Below, one piece after another: positions 49,113 to 61,800 of a DNA stretch of 64,000 nt. Below the pieces are notes generated by a model. The model saw only the letters and a program-made list of their open reading frames with translations. It was not told where the DNA came from and did not search any database. The translations under genes were made by a program, and so were the position numbers. The stretch comes from Yuukianura sp. NJ FZ-2021 (lineage: Eukaryota): NCBI GenBank assembly GCA_046563655.1, contig CM102285.1, positions 14,632,001-14,696,000 of the forward strand, in the 5' to 3' direction. Positions within the stretch are counted from its first letter, which is position 1, and each line of letters starts with the position of its first letter.

Positions 49113-50741
49113 TTAGTACGACCAAAGTGAAATAGTCATAGTGAATGTAATGAAAAGAAACAAAGTTGACCTTGACGTTTTTTGAAGGTCAAATCCAGTT
49201 GAACAGAGGTACATTTGTGACTTATTCACTTCATGAGTGCGATATCTGAAAAATTTCCAGTTATTTTTTAAATTTTTAAAAATTTTGTTCAGAAAAACTA
49301 AAATTTTACTTGAAAATGCCCGTGTAGCAACACGCTCCAACGGTTGTTTCAGTACCGACGTAATTTACTTGAGTGCACGTCAGTTCCGGCATGCAGGGTT
49401 CGTTGATCTCGTACGGTACGGCATCCGCCTCAGCCCAAATTCTGTTCAAAATTTTGAAAAATTAAAAAAAAATATGATTTTTTGAAAAAAGTTTTGAAAG
49501 TCTAACCTGATTTCACACAAGCTTCCGTGTTCTCCTTTGCATTGATTTTGGTACCGGTTCGTTCCCTTCCGACATCGGCATGTTCCGGTTGTCCCAAGTC
49601 GATCTCCGTTGTCCGGATCACAGTCCAGTGCTTGATGAAAGTCACAGATCTGCGCAAAACTGACATTGTTGTCCATCCAGTCCTTGGAGTCAATAGTGAG
49701 AGAACGCAGTGTTTGAACGCGGAGGTCAAAGGTCAAGTTGGATCTAAGGTCACATTTGTCTCCATACTGAGCCCAGTTCAACGATTTCAGACGTTTCCTC
49801 AAAATTGTCACGCTCGTGTGAAAAATATTCTCCGCCTGTTTGCATTCCTATTAAAAAAAAAGCCGGAAATCAAAAAATTTTTACTTGTTCAAAAAATCCC
49901 ATCGTTTTGCTCAAGGTTTGTTGACTTTGAATTTCTTTAACAGGTTGGGTAATGCCTCATTTTTTTTCGATTTTGCAAAAACATTTTTTTTTCAGGGCAT
50001 TATAATCATGACAATACAGCCAATTGTTTGCGTTTTTTTTCCTTTTCATGCGAGGTAGTACCCAACCTGTTAAAGAAAATTAACTTTTCTTTGTCAAGGA
50101 ACCTTGGTTTTGCTCACTTTTGTTCCCGGTTTGACGCATTTGCAGGTTCCGTTTTTACATGTAGTGCCGTTGATACAGGGGGCGAAGGGTGGATTGACCC
50201 CCAGGGGGTTCTTGGGGTCATTGGCATGAGCAGTGCTGGAAGCATAGCATTTACTATTGGCTCTTAAGACACAAGAACCCTTAAGGGGCCCCGCAGGAGT
50301 TGTTAGAGGAACTTCACGTTTGACCCAGATTGCATCTACGGAGCAGACGCAGCGATGTCTCGTGGGGTCACAGGTCATGTATCGCTTCCAGTCACAAGTA
50401 TTTCTGATTTCTTGCTTGATTATCTGCAGATCAGTGTCGTTGATTCCATATCTTGGTAGATTGATTAATCTCCGAAACAGGCTGCCATGTAATGTCGGTT
50501 CGCATTCGTCGGAATGATGGAGTCGTTCACCCTGTTCCGCGGCACGAATCGCCGCCCAAACGGTAGCTAACGGAAGTCCAACCGGTACGGCAGCACGGTC
50601 CTCCACAATCAAATTCGAAACGGTACTTGGTTCGTGTGTGGTACGCGGTTCGGAACTCATGAACGGTACGGTAGATACAGTCGACTGCGACAGGCAACGC
50701 GGTATCAAAATGGAAAAACCGAGCAAAATTACTAGAATCAT
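49113..50741 (-). CDS. Secreted/GPI-like cysteine-rich protein (EB-module-like repeats)
   Basis: Signal peptide MILVILLGFSILIPRCLS; two related modules CDWKRYMTCD..RCVC and CDFHQALDCD..TCRC; hydrophobic C-terminus STLFLFITFTMTISLWSY*. Four exons. Confidence 0.72.
49912..50106. mobile_element. hAT-like MITE, family CAAGGTT copy B
   Basis: TIR CAAGGTTTGTTGAC / GTCAAGGAACCTTG; perfect 8-bp TSD GTTTTGCT (49904-11, 50107-14); internal inverted repeat TTAACAGGTTGGGTA / TACCCAACCTGTTAA. Confidence 0.88.
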
Positions 50742-50757
50742 TTTCGAAAATTACAAT

Positions 50758-50880
50758 CCAAATCGATTACTTGGCGGTAATCGACTGTTGTAATCGATTA
50801 CTAGCGGTGATGGACTACTAATGCTGTAATCGATTACTGATGTGGCAATCGACTACGTTATGTTGTAATCGATTATTAGA
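50758..50880. repeat. Cluster of (T)AATCGA(T/C)TA motifs upstream of the Cys-rich gene
   Basis: About 6 copies of aatcgatta/aatcgact in 120 nt. Confidence 0.6.
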
Positions 50881-51023
50881 ACAGCTGTACTCCTCAGTTC
50901 TAAAATTATAAATTTTAATTTCGCAAGTCATTCAACAAACTTTGAGTTTAACAGTAGTTCGTCGATACTATTGTCAACCAAATTTTCTAACTTTTCAAAA
51001 TTTTGGAATTAAAAATTACACTT

Positions 51024-53843
51024 TCAAATTGATGTTTTGACTTCGATTATAACGTCCTCATAATTCGTTTCATAATTCGAATCTTCCTGTTCTACTTCTT
51101 GTTCAATCTGAATTGGCTCCTCGTCCCTCTTACGCTTCCTCTGTCTATTGTTGTGTACCGTGTATACATGCAGAGCCAAATAATTTTTGGAAGGAAACCT
51201 TCAAAAATAACACAAATTCAAAAAGAATTCAAAAATAAGTTTTTGAAAAAAAGACCCAAAATTTTGAAAAACTCAAAATCCAATTTCCTCACCGTGCTTT
51301 ACACTGTTGACAGCCAAACGGTCTCTCATTGGAATGAATTTTTTCGTGGTTCTCCAGTGTTTTCTTCAAGTAAAACCGTCTAGCACAAACGGAGCATTCA
51401 AACGGTCGCTCTCTCTGATCCTTGGCGACATGATGTCGTTCAGTATGAGGGCGAAGGTGTGACCGTGACGAAAACTTCATGTGACACAGTGGACATTCGT
51501 AGTTCTTGACCTTAAGATGGACAGTGTCCCTGTGACGATCCAGTTCTCGTTGGGTATGGAAAGCCTTTTCATTGTCACACTCTGTACATCGGAATGCGGC
51601 TTCTCCAATCCCATGGATGGTAATTAAATGTTTCTCAAGTGATCTCTTATTGGCCAGATTCCTGGAGCAAACGGAGCATTTGATTGGCTGAAACTCGGTT
51701 TCCCCTTCGTGGTGATTGGCTTGGTGGGTCTCCAAGTATCTCTTGGTAGAGCAAGAGTAGCCACAGAGTTCACAAAAGTAAGGCTTCACGGAAGAGTGCG
51801 TGTTGGAGTGGAGTTTGAGTTCGGCAGGAGTGCCACAACGTTTTCCACAATCTTTACAGACGTGTACGTCCTCGTGGAGGTTGTTGTGATTTTTTAGGGA
51901 GCGGTTGGTAGTGAAACGTTTTCCGCACGTAGTACACTGATAAGGAGATTCGCCAGAGTGTTTTACACGTTCGTGGAACTTGAGCAAACATGGCATGGCG
52001 TATTCCTTGTCACATTGGGAACACTTGAACGAAGTTACACCTAGAAACGTTTTTAGGTATTTTGAAAACGATTTGAATTTGAAATTTCCCTCGACGGTAG
52101 GATAGAAGGTTTGTAAACAAGAAAATAGTTTTTTCTTCAACAGGTTAGGCAATAACTACTATATGTTTTTTTTGTTAAAAAAAAAGTATCTTTTCATTTT
52201 GTGGCATCGTAATCATAACAATACAGCTAATTTGTTTTTAAATTTTGCATATGAATTGGTACCAATTTTATGGATTGGTATTATTTTTTTTTTTCGTTTT
52301 TTTTTTGTGAACAAGCGAGGTAGTACCCAACCGGTTAAAAAAAATTAACTTTTCGTTGTCAAGGAACCTTGGATATTATTACCTTCATGAACTTTTTTGA
52401 TGTGACAGTACTGCATGGCCTGTTGGGAGAAAATGCGCTCGCAACCTGGAAAAGTACAGGCAAATCCCTTGATGTTGGCTCTGGTACGTGCACGTTGTCG
52501 TTCACGTCGTCGGGCCAGTATACGTTCATGTCGCTCTTGACCTTGATGAGCAAGTATGTGTGAATGTTGAGCGGTTTCACGTTTAAACGTTTTGTCACAT
52601 CCGGATACGGTACATCGCAGTTCGTTGGATTTACTGGATCTTGTGTGTTTTAGAGATGAAGTTGGAGTTGGTTCCGAGTCTGCAGTGTTCCTGTTTTTAG
52701 CAAAATGTGATTTAAAAAATGAATAGGAAGATGGATGCTGAATTGACGATTGCTTACTCAGTTTTTGTTGGTACGGTTTCTGATATCGCTGCGTTAACAT
52801 CTGCATCAGCATCAGCGTCATATTCAGTGTCTGCACCAAACGCACCTTCGTCATTGGACAAGCAATTTTCGATTTTTACAGTACTTTTCTTCGAATCTAT
52901 GTAAACAAACGTATTCAAATCCTAACTTTAAATGTGGAATTACTGCATACGTTATTGAGAGACAATTCAAATGTAACCTGGAACTGGAACAGTCACCTTC
53001 ATGTTGGCCTTACGTGCACGTCGCCGTTCACGTCGACGGGCCAGTGTACGTTCATATCGCTCTTGACCTTGGTGAGCAAGTATGTGTGCGCTTAGAGCGG
53101 TTGCACGGTTGAACGTTTTGTCACATCCGGATACGGTACACCGTAGGTTGTTGGATTTACTGGAACTTGTGTGTTTTCCGGATGAAGTTGTTGGAATTGG
53201 ATCCGAGTCTGCAGTGTTCCTGTTTTTAGAAAATGTGATTACAAAAATCATTTCAAAGAACCAAGATCGATGCTGAATGAGCAATAGCTTTTTACTCAGT
53301 TTTTGTTGCTGATGTTTCTGATATAGCTGCATTCTCACCAGCGTGATACTCGATGTCCGCACCAAATGCACCGTCGTTATCGGAGAAGCAAGTTTCGATT
53401 TCTACAGAATTTTTGTTCGAACCTATCAAAACAAACGGTTAAAATTCAAATCATAACTTTAAATGTGGAAAATAGTCGAAATGTAAACCTGCATTGCCCT
53501 CTGCAGAATTTTCAAAGACGCTGTGCTTCCGAATGACAAAAGCCTCCAAGTCATTTGCGAGATCCTTCATTTGAAGTCGCAGCTTCTTAATATTTTTCTG
53601 CACCAAGCGGATCTCTGTTATCTTTAGGTTGCAACTATCACAGTACGAAGCACAATCCATTGAGCTCAGTAGGAGATCGTGAATGTACTGTGAATTATCC
53701 AGGAAACAGGACTTTGCCAGTGACGTTCGTCTCGTTCCAGTCAGTTGCCAAATCTCGTCATCGTTTTCCACCGGTTCCAAGCAAAATAAGCATGTCATGG
53801 GTTCCAGGGGATCGCTCTTCTTCTGTTTAGCTCTAGCTGACAT
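51024..53843 (-). CDS. ZAD-like N-terminus plus multi-C2H2 zinc-finger protein
   Basis: CLFC...YCDSC plus a helix at the N-terminus; more than 10 C2H2 fingers with HSGESPY, HSSVKPY and HSNERPF linkers; internal two-exon duplication. Confidence 0.85.
52105..52371. mobile_element. hAT-like MITE, family CAAGGTT copy C (degenerate, no clear TSD)
   Basis: Right end gcgaggtagtacccaacc.gttaaa.aaaattaacttttc.ttgtcaaggaaccttg is near-identical to copy B; left end resembles copy A. Confidence 0.75.
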
Positions 53844-54120
53844 GTTGAAGTTACTGTTCAATTGAATAAATAAAATTCAAATTAATCAAGCTTCGTAATA
53901 GTTCCCTCACATCACCAATCATCAATCTTTCAATCGTCGACCAAATTCACAAATCAATTAGCTCCTTTCTTTATCAATTGAAACAATTTGCTTACCAAAG
54001 TAGGAAAGAGGAAACACTTATCTTATCAGTGATCACGATCAGTGATTACGAAAAGTAAACATCAAAATCTAAATTTAAAATTCAAAAGCGAAAATAATTT
54101 TGAACAAAGAATGCAAGAGA

Positions 54121-54203
54121 TTTTCCCGCGTTTTGGATGTCTCACATAACCAAACTGGCATAATTCCAACGGTACTTTCAATTTGAATTTATTTTGGCGG
54201 GAA
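54121..54203. promoter_or_regulatory. E2F-like sites in the divergent ZnF/GFM2 promoter
   Basis: TTTCCCGCG (54122) and TTTTGGCGGGAA (~54192). Confidence 0.45.
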
Positions 54204-54543
54204 TCAGCTGGATTACCAAATTCCAATTCCATGTGTTTTTCGTAATTTGAATTTGACACTTCATTGTCCTTAAATTCAATCTTAATTAAATTATAATTAT
54301 TAATTAAAATAATTAGTAATTTACTTAAAAATTTTAGCGGCTAACTTGTTCAGGTGGACGTTGGGCTTGGATTTGGCTTCTTAAATACTTGAGGTAATGA
54401 TTGGCTTTGAATTGGAAGTTTCAATTTATTCTTAATTCTAATTTGGGTTTTTAGGAAAGGAGAGGAGTGAATTAGTAATTAGCAATTACTAGTCGCAAAC
54501 GAATGCGTTCAATTTGTCAATCACACATTTTTGCAAACGGATC

Positions 54544-57422
54544 ATGACGGTTTTGAGTCGTGCCGGCAGGATAGCTCCATATTGGCTTCAAAGGCTGCAA
54601 ACTTATCACCTCCCCAGAACAATTTTGCAAATTCGAACCGTGAGCACACCGTCATCTTCAAAAGAAAAGGAATCTAGTCGTATCAAAACCAGAAATGTTG
54701 GGATTATGGCGCATATTGATGCTGGAAAAACGACAACGACGGAGAGAATGTTATACTACTCTGGCAGAATAAGAGCACCAGGCGAAGTTCATCATGGAGA
54801 CACCGTTACTGACTTCCTTCCACAAGAACGAGAACGGGGAATCACTATTCAGTCGGCAGTGGTTGGATTTGAATGGAAAGACTCTCATATCAACATCATT
54901 GATACTCCGGGACATGTTGACTTTACATTTGAAGTAGAACGGTCACTTCGTGTCGTCGATTCTGCCGTGGCCATATTGGATGCCTCTGCTGGTAATTGGT
55001 AACACTACATCACTTTTGGAGAAACAGAAGATTAATTACTAATTGAGTAATTAGATTGTAAATCATTGATTTTTTAAGGTGTCGAAGCTCAAACGTTGAC
55101 AGTATGGAGACAAGCGTCGAGTTACAACTTACCTCGACTAATTTTTCTAAACAAAATGGATAAAGGCTCTTCTTCGTACCAAGAGTGTCTCAACGACATC
55201 ATTTCCAAGCTAAAATCTACGCCTGTGTTGCTGCAGTTACCGATTTATTCTTCCGATAACGCAGTAGGATCCGGTTCTGGATTTGCCGGATTAATTGATC
55301 TCATCAGTCTGAAGCGACTAACTTTCCAGCCAGGCAGTAAAGGAGCTGAGTATGTTCTAGGTACTAACAATTTCTGAAAATTACTAATTACTGCTACTAA
55401 TTAGTTAATTATTAGAGGAATTACCTAATGAATTGTAGTTTTTAGATGACGTGAGTCAAGACAAGGAATACATTACAGCTCGCTGTGAATTAGTAGAACA
55501 AATTGCAGACTTGGAAAACGGATTAGCTTCTAAAGTAATCGAATCTGAATCAATTGAGAACATCTCAGCTGGAGAGATCAAATCTGCTATAAAACGTATG
55601 ACTTTGCTCAATACTGGAGTTCCAGTTTTACTCGGAAGTTCGTACAAAAACATCGGAGTTCAGCCGCTCCTGGATGGAATCGTGGAGTAAACTTCTCATT
55701 TCCTTTTTTAAAATCAATTTTTGCAGAAAATACATTTTTATGTAAATGTTTAATGTTTAGGTATTTGCCGAGCTCTGATGAAGTGAAGACGAAAGACCCC
55801 GTCATTTCCAGTTACGGAAACGAACTTTGTGCGTTTGCTTTCAAAACGATTCATGATCGACAGTTGGGAGCATTGACCTTTACGCGGATCTTTGGAGGAA
55901 CTTTGACCTCTGGACAAAAAGTGTACAATGTCACGAGAGAGAAGACTGAAAAAATTTACAAGACGTACCTCCCTTTTGCCAATGAGTATAAAGAAGTCAC
56001 TCAACTCAACAACGGAGACGTTGGAGTCATTTCCGGTTTGAAGGTTTACAAACTTTTCTAAAATTGGTTTGAAAAAAGACCATTCTCTAACTTCAAAAAT
56101 CAATTTTATGTTTGATTTTTTAAGGAAACAGTCACTGGAGACACTCTGACTTCATCTGCGAGTGTCGCTGGGGCAGTTGAGAGGAAACTAGACAACAAAT
56201 TAGCAGAGCCACTAAGAAATTTTAGACAAAAAGCTTGCTTGTCCGGAGTCAGTATCCCGGAACCCGTTTTCTTCTGTTCCGTTGAACCTGCGTCTCTTGT
56301 AAGTTTTTGTAAATTAATCAAATTAAATTAATCATCAATCAACTAATTAGTTTCGCTTAGTAACTTACTTATTTCTACCTGTTTAGCATCAGCAGAAAGG
56401 TTTGGACATAGCTCTAGAGTGTCTCAAGCGGGAAGATCCAAGTCTTCGAGTCCATGTGGATCCAGACACAAGCCAAACCGTCATGGCTGGTGAGAAAACC
56501 GGAATTTTTAAACATTCAAAAACTTAAAATTTTGAGTTTGATCGTTTTTTTTTGTTACTGAAATTGTTTTTTAGGCATGGGAGAACTTCACCTGGAAATC
56601 TTGCATGACCGACTGAAGTCTGAATTCAAGGTTGACTGTGACCTTGGAAAGGTCATGGTCGCCTACAAGGAAACAATCACTGAACCTATAGCGAACAGCA
56701 TAACATTTGAACGGAAGTTGGCAGACCACAACCATTCTGTCGTTATTGAACTGGAACTCCGCCCTAAGAAAAAAGTGTCAGACAGTGGCAGTAGTCCGCA
56801 ATCGCTTGTAAGAAAAGGAATCGGCAGAGAAATCGCTGAAAAGTTGCACACTTTAACGGAACGTCAACTAAGAAACATCACAAATGGAGTCGAAGCGGCA
56901 TTGAGAATGGGGCCAAAACTAGCATTTCCGGTAAAAAAAAAAACATTTTGTAAAAAATCGTTTCCGTAAAGAAAATTATAGAATGTAGATTGTAATCGTA
57001 GTGTGATTTTTTAGGTAATCGATGTAGAAGTGCTCCTGAATAACTTCATTGTTGGTCGCGGAACTTCTGAGACGATAATCGAAGCAGCAGCGGCACATTG
57101 TGTTAGAGAAGCTCTGAGAAATGCTTGTGTGGTGCTGCTGGAACCAATTGTGACCTTGGAAATCACAGTTGATGAGAGATTTCAGCATATAGTGACTGAA
57201 GATTTAAACAGAAGAAGGTTTTTACTGGAGAGCATAGATTTTAAACATGGAAACAAAGTAGTAACTGGAACTGCTCCGCTGAGTGAACTCATGGGATACT
57301 CAACTGTCCTCAGAACAATTTCGTCTGGACTAGGAACCTATTCAATGCAATTTAGTCATCACAGTAGAGTCTCCAATGGAATTGAGGAAGACAAAATCAT
57401 TAGAGAGGTCAGAGGTTTTTAA
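54544..57422 (+). CDS. GFM2: Mitochondrial ribosome-releasing factor 2 (EF-G2mt)
   Basis: Basic presequence, [83 protein letters not shown] and [19 protein letters not shown]. Confidence 0.93.
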
Positions 57423-57528
57423 ACTTTTAGTTTAGATTCTATTAAAATGATGTTATAAGATAATTTTAATTAGTATATAAAAGTTTTACGGTTTTTCCAA
57501 ATCCCGGTAGTACTGTCAGTACTTTCGT

Positions 57529-58399
57529 TTAATTTGTTGGTGGTGGTTGGTTCATCATGGGACGCAGCATGAGTGGTGGTGGCATGCCCATCGGTGGTGG
57601 ACGAAATCCAGCGAGTAAGTTTGGTGGGAGTCCTGGTGGTGGGCCAGTTGGAGGTGGCATCATCATCGGTGGAGGCAATCCAGACAGCATCCTGTGCTGG
57701 CCCAAGAGCGGAGGCTGACCTGGTGGTGGTCCTTGTCCTGGCGGAGGAATTGTTATTGGCATTCCCGGTCGAGCTAAACAAAAAAAGAGATTAACTTTTG
57801 TAATCTTGGAATAGTGAATGTAAAGGCACTCTTTGTGGACAGATTTGTCCAGGATCGAGAGTGCTGGACAATACATTTATGAAACTGGCGAAATTGACTG
57901 GTTGAGGAAGTTGCGTAGGAGTTGAACTGTCGCTTACGTGGCATAATTCCAGGAGGCGGTGGAATAGAAACGCCACCGTCTTTTCCAATCATCGGAGGAC
58001 CAGAGCCAAATGGATTCTGAGGAATTTTTCCAGCTTTAAACGCAGCAGCTAAAAATAACAGTAAACCCAAATGAGAAACTTGTTAGAACAAACTTAGGTA
58101 TTGATATTTGTGTAAAATAGGCTAACTTGTGGCATCGATGAGACTTTGTGCTTGATCCTCCATCCATTTTTGGTAGTAGAACTTGACATTGTCCTTGTGC
58201 TTCCTACCAGCACAGTGCGTCTTCCTCACTGATGGCTAAAGCGAAACAAAAAACGTTAAGTTAACGATATGCTCAAATAAATTCTAGAATCAACTAAATC
58301 GAGTAAAATGTGAATTGAATTGTATTGCAATTGCAGTAAATCGTTTACAGAGTCATGTGTAAGATACGTATCGCAGTAGTCACAGTAGTACTTCGGCAT
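57529..58399 (-). CDS. SNRPC: U1 snRNP protein C
   Basis: [62 protein letters not shown], Pro/Met-rich tail. Four exons. Confidence 0.96.
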
Positions 58400-58544
58400 C
58401 TTTACTTCGTATTCACTACAGTAACACTCAATCCACTAATTGATTACTGACTGAACAAATTAAACGCTGAAAAATTGACGAAAAATATCGATTTTTGAAA
58501 CTTTTTCTTTATGTTTTGATTTTTTTCAAATTTGAAATATGGAA

Positions 58545-58615
58545 TTTCCCGCGTTTTGATTTCAAAGGAAAAGTCTCACAGTACGTAAGTTGTTTTGAAT
58601 GAAACAAGCGGGAGC
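58545..58615. promoter_or_regulatory. E2F-like sites in the divergent SNRPC/BOP1 promoter
   Basis: TTTCCCGCGTTTTGA and GCGGGAG, same arrangement as at 54121. Confidence 0.45.
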
Positions 58616-58838
58616 CCACGGCAGAAAAAAGTGATGCTGAAGAAGCATGTGGATTTTTTGTTTGTAGTACTATACTACTTGTGACACTTGCCATGTGTTT
58701 TTGATTACTAATTAAAATTAACAATTGATCATTGATCTGATTGTGGATAATCGATTAATGTTCTTTCAGTCATAGCCAGGGACTAGTTCAATTGGAGCGT
58801 TTATCATTCACACACATCTTCAAGAAAACAATCGTGAA

Positions 58839-61800
58839 ATGAGTAAGTTTGAAATTTAAACTTCCGGTTCCATCCGGATCAGATTACTAAATCGTGAATC
58901 GATATTTTAATTTTTAGGTGGTGTAGTGACTAAGAAACGAAAAGCATCGCTTACAACGGTAGCTGAAGGGGATGAAGACAAGATATTGGAAATCCCGGAG
59001 GAAACCCCTACTCAGAACGACAGTGTAGACGACATGCTTTCCAGTTTTGTTCCAAAAGATCTTGGTGTTCCTCCAGAGAATGAGTATTTGGATGATTCAT
59101 CTGATGAAGAGGTTAGATTAGGATCATCAAATTTTGTTAATTTGTATCTGGAATTGAGCTTCAAACTTAAGCGTCTGTTGTTATGCTTCCAGGACCTTCG
59201 GAATACCGTTGGAAACATTCCGTTTCAGTGGTACGATGAGTATCCCCATATCGGATATGACCTCGACGGCAAGAAACTCATCAAGCCACCGAAGGCTGAC
59301 AAACTGGATGACTTTTTGCGAAGAATGGAGGATCCTGATTTTTGGTAGCTTCAGATTTTTGAAAACTCGAAATGTAAGTGGATGCTGAAGATTATTTTTA
59401 TGGATTGCAGGAGAACTGTGAAGGATAAGCAGACAGGCCAGAATGTCATACTGAGCGACAAGGACGTGGAACTGATTGACCGAATTCAGTCAGGTCATAT
59501 TCCGGATCCAAGCTTCGACGATTACGCCGTAAATTACAAAGATCCTGAATGCTCCTCAGCTTAGTTTATAATTTTTATCTTCAATTTCAGCCATGGATAG
59601 ATTGGTTTTCGTCTGAAGTCATGGAGACTCCTCTGAGAGCTATGCCTCCATCCAAAGCGTCGTTCTTACCATCAAAAATTGAGAAGATGCAGATATCCAA
59701 ATTGGTTCACGCGATGAAGATGGGTTGGATCAAGCCCAAACCCAAGCCAGTTACAGAGAAGAAGTTTTATAACTTATGGGGAGAGTCGGATGACAAATCA
59801 GAAGAAATGCGAAGAGTCCACGACCACATCCCTGCTCCCAAAACACGATTACCAGGAAACGCTGAATCTTACAATCCTCCAGCGGAGTATCTATTTGACG
59901 ATGAAGAGGTAACTTTTTCAATTACTAATTAAGTAAAATGTACCTTTAATCAAGGAATCTTCAATGTTTAGATGCGGGAGTGGGAAGACAAGAGTGACGA
60001 ACCCTGGAAACGACGCTACAACTTCATTCCACAAAAATACAAAACTCTTCGGGAGGTTCCTTCTTATAACAACTTCATCAAAGAACGGTTTGAGCGGTGC
60101 CTTGACCTTTATTTGTGTCCAAGAGCCAAGAAAATGCGGGTAACTTTGAACTTTTGAAGTCATGATTTTGAAATCTACTCTTGATATGCTGAAACGATTT
60201 GTCTATTTTTTAGCTAACCATCAAAGCAGAGGAGTTGGTTCCACAACTGCCGAGTCCCAAAGACCTTCAACCGTTCCCCACTGTTTTATCTGTGGAATTT
60301 GTCGGACACACGGACATGATTCGGTCAATTTCGCTTGAACCACACGGTCAGTTCTTTGCTTCTGGCTCAGATGATGGAACCGTCAGAGGTAAAGATATTC
60401 CTATCCTTTATCTTTAAGATATATTAAGGTATTTATATCATCGCTTTATCTAGGAGATAATTTATCCATGAGATATCCATGTCTCTCTATTTCTATTTAC
60501 ATCGCTTCATCGCCTTTGGACATTTTTCTCTAAGATATTTATATCTCCCTATTTCCTTTGCAGTTTTTAAGGCCACTCATTCTGAGATAAATTAAATCTA
60601 AGATATTTGTATCGCTTTATCTTTTCGAGTATACTTTATCTCCGAAATTAATTTTGGTTTTGTAACTTTTCAGTTTGGGAAGTTTCGACTGGTCGTTGTT
60701 TCAAAACGTTCAAGCTGGGCGAGACCGTTCGATGTGTGGAATGGTGTCCAAACAAGAGTTTGTCCTTGATAGCAGTAGCAGTGGACTCGGATATTGTTCT
60801 CATCAATCCTGGAACCGGGGATAAGTTAATCACGGAAAAAACGGATACAGTTATGGCTGAACCTCCAGAAGAATCAAGATTTGTGACGAATGAACGAACT
60901 TCAGGCTGTGCTCAATGGGAGAATGTCACTCTGGACTCGGACAAATGGAACCTTGGCATCCGAGTGTCCATTCATCACTTCAAACCTGTTCGACAGGTAA
61001 GTTTTCGTTTTATAAACATTTCACGTTTTTACATTTCTGAATTTTGTTGAAGTAATTAATGTTTTCGATTGCTCAGGTGACATGGCATGGTAAAGGTGAC
61101 TACTTTTCGGCAGTTATGCCGGATGGACAGAATCGGTCAGTTATTATCCATCAACTGTCCACAAGGAGGTCGCAACTGCCGCTAAACCGGTCCAAGGGTC
61201 TCATTCAGTGTGTTCTGTTCCATCCAAGTCGACCTTACTTCTTTATTGCGGTAACAAAACAAAAATGTGACACTTAACGTTAACGATTTTTGAACACTTA
61301 AACGATTTCTGGTCACTTCACGATTTTTTGGACACAAGACGATTTTTTGACACTTAACGATTTCTGGAAATTGAAGGATTTTTTGAGCAACTGACGATTT
61401 TTTGGATACTTTGACACTTACTCAAGAAGATTTTTTTGATTTCAGACTCAACTTCATGTCCGGATTTACGATCTTGTGAAGCAAGAAATGGTGAAGAAGT
61501 TGACTACTGGAGCCAAATGGATATCCAGCATGGCAATTCATCCAAACGGGGACAATGTCATAGTTGGAACGTATGACAAGAAAGTGATTTGGTTTGACCT
61601 TGACCTGTCCACCAAACCATATCAGACACTTCGGTTTCATGGAAATGCTGTCAGAGGAGTAGCATTCCATAAGCGCTATCCTCTCTTTGCTTCTTGCTCT
61701 GACGACTGTAGTCTCATTGTCACTCATGGAATGGTCTACAAGTACGTTAATTTTAACTTTTAATTAGTAATTAACTAATTACTTTAGTTAATTTGATCAA

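Noticed and set aside
49848..50118. Introner hypothesis: MITE supplies a CAAG|GT donor and its TSD supplies the AG
   Set aside because: That splice adds 10 nt and shifts the frame. A stronger AAA|GTGAGC donor lies just outside the element and gives an ordinary ~67-nt pre-insertion intron, so the MITE landed in an existing intron.
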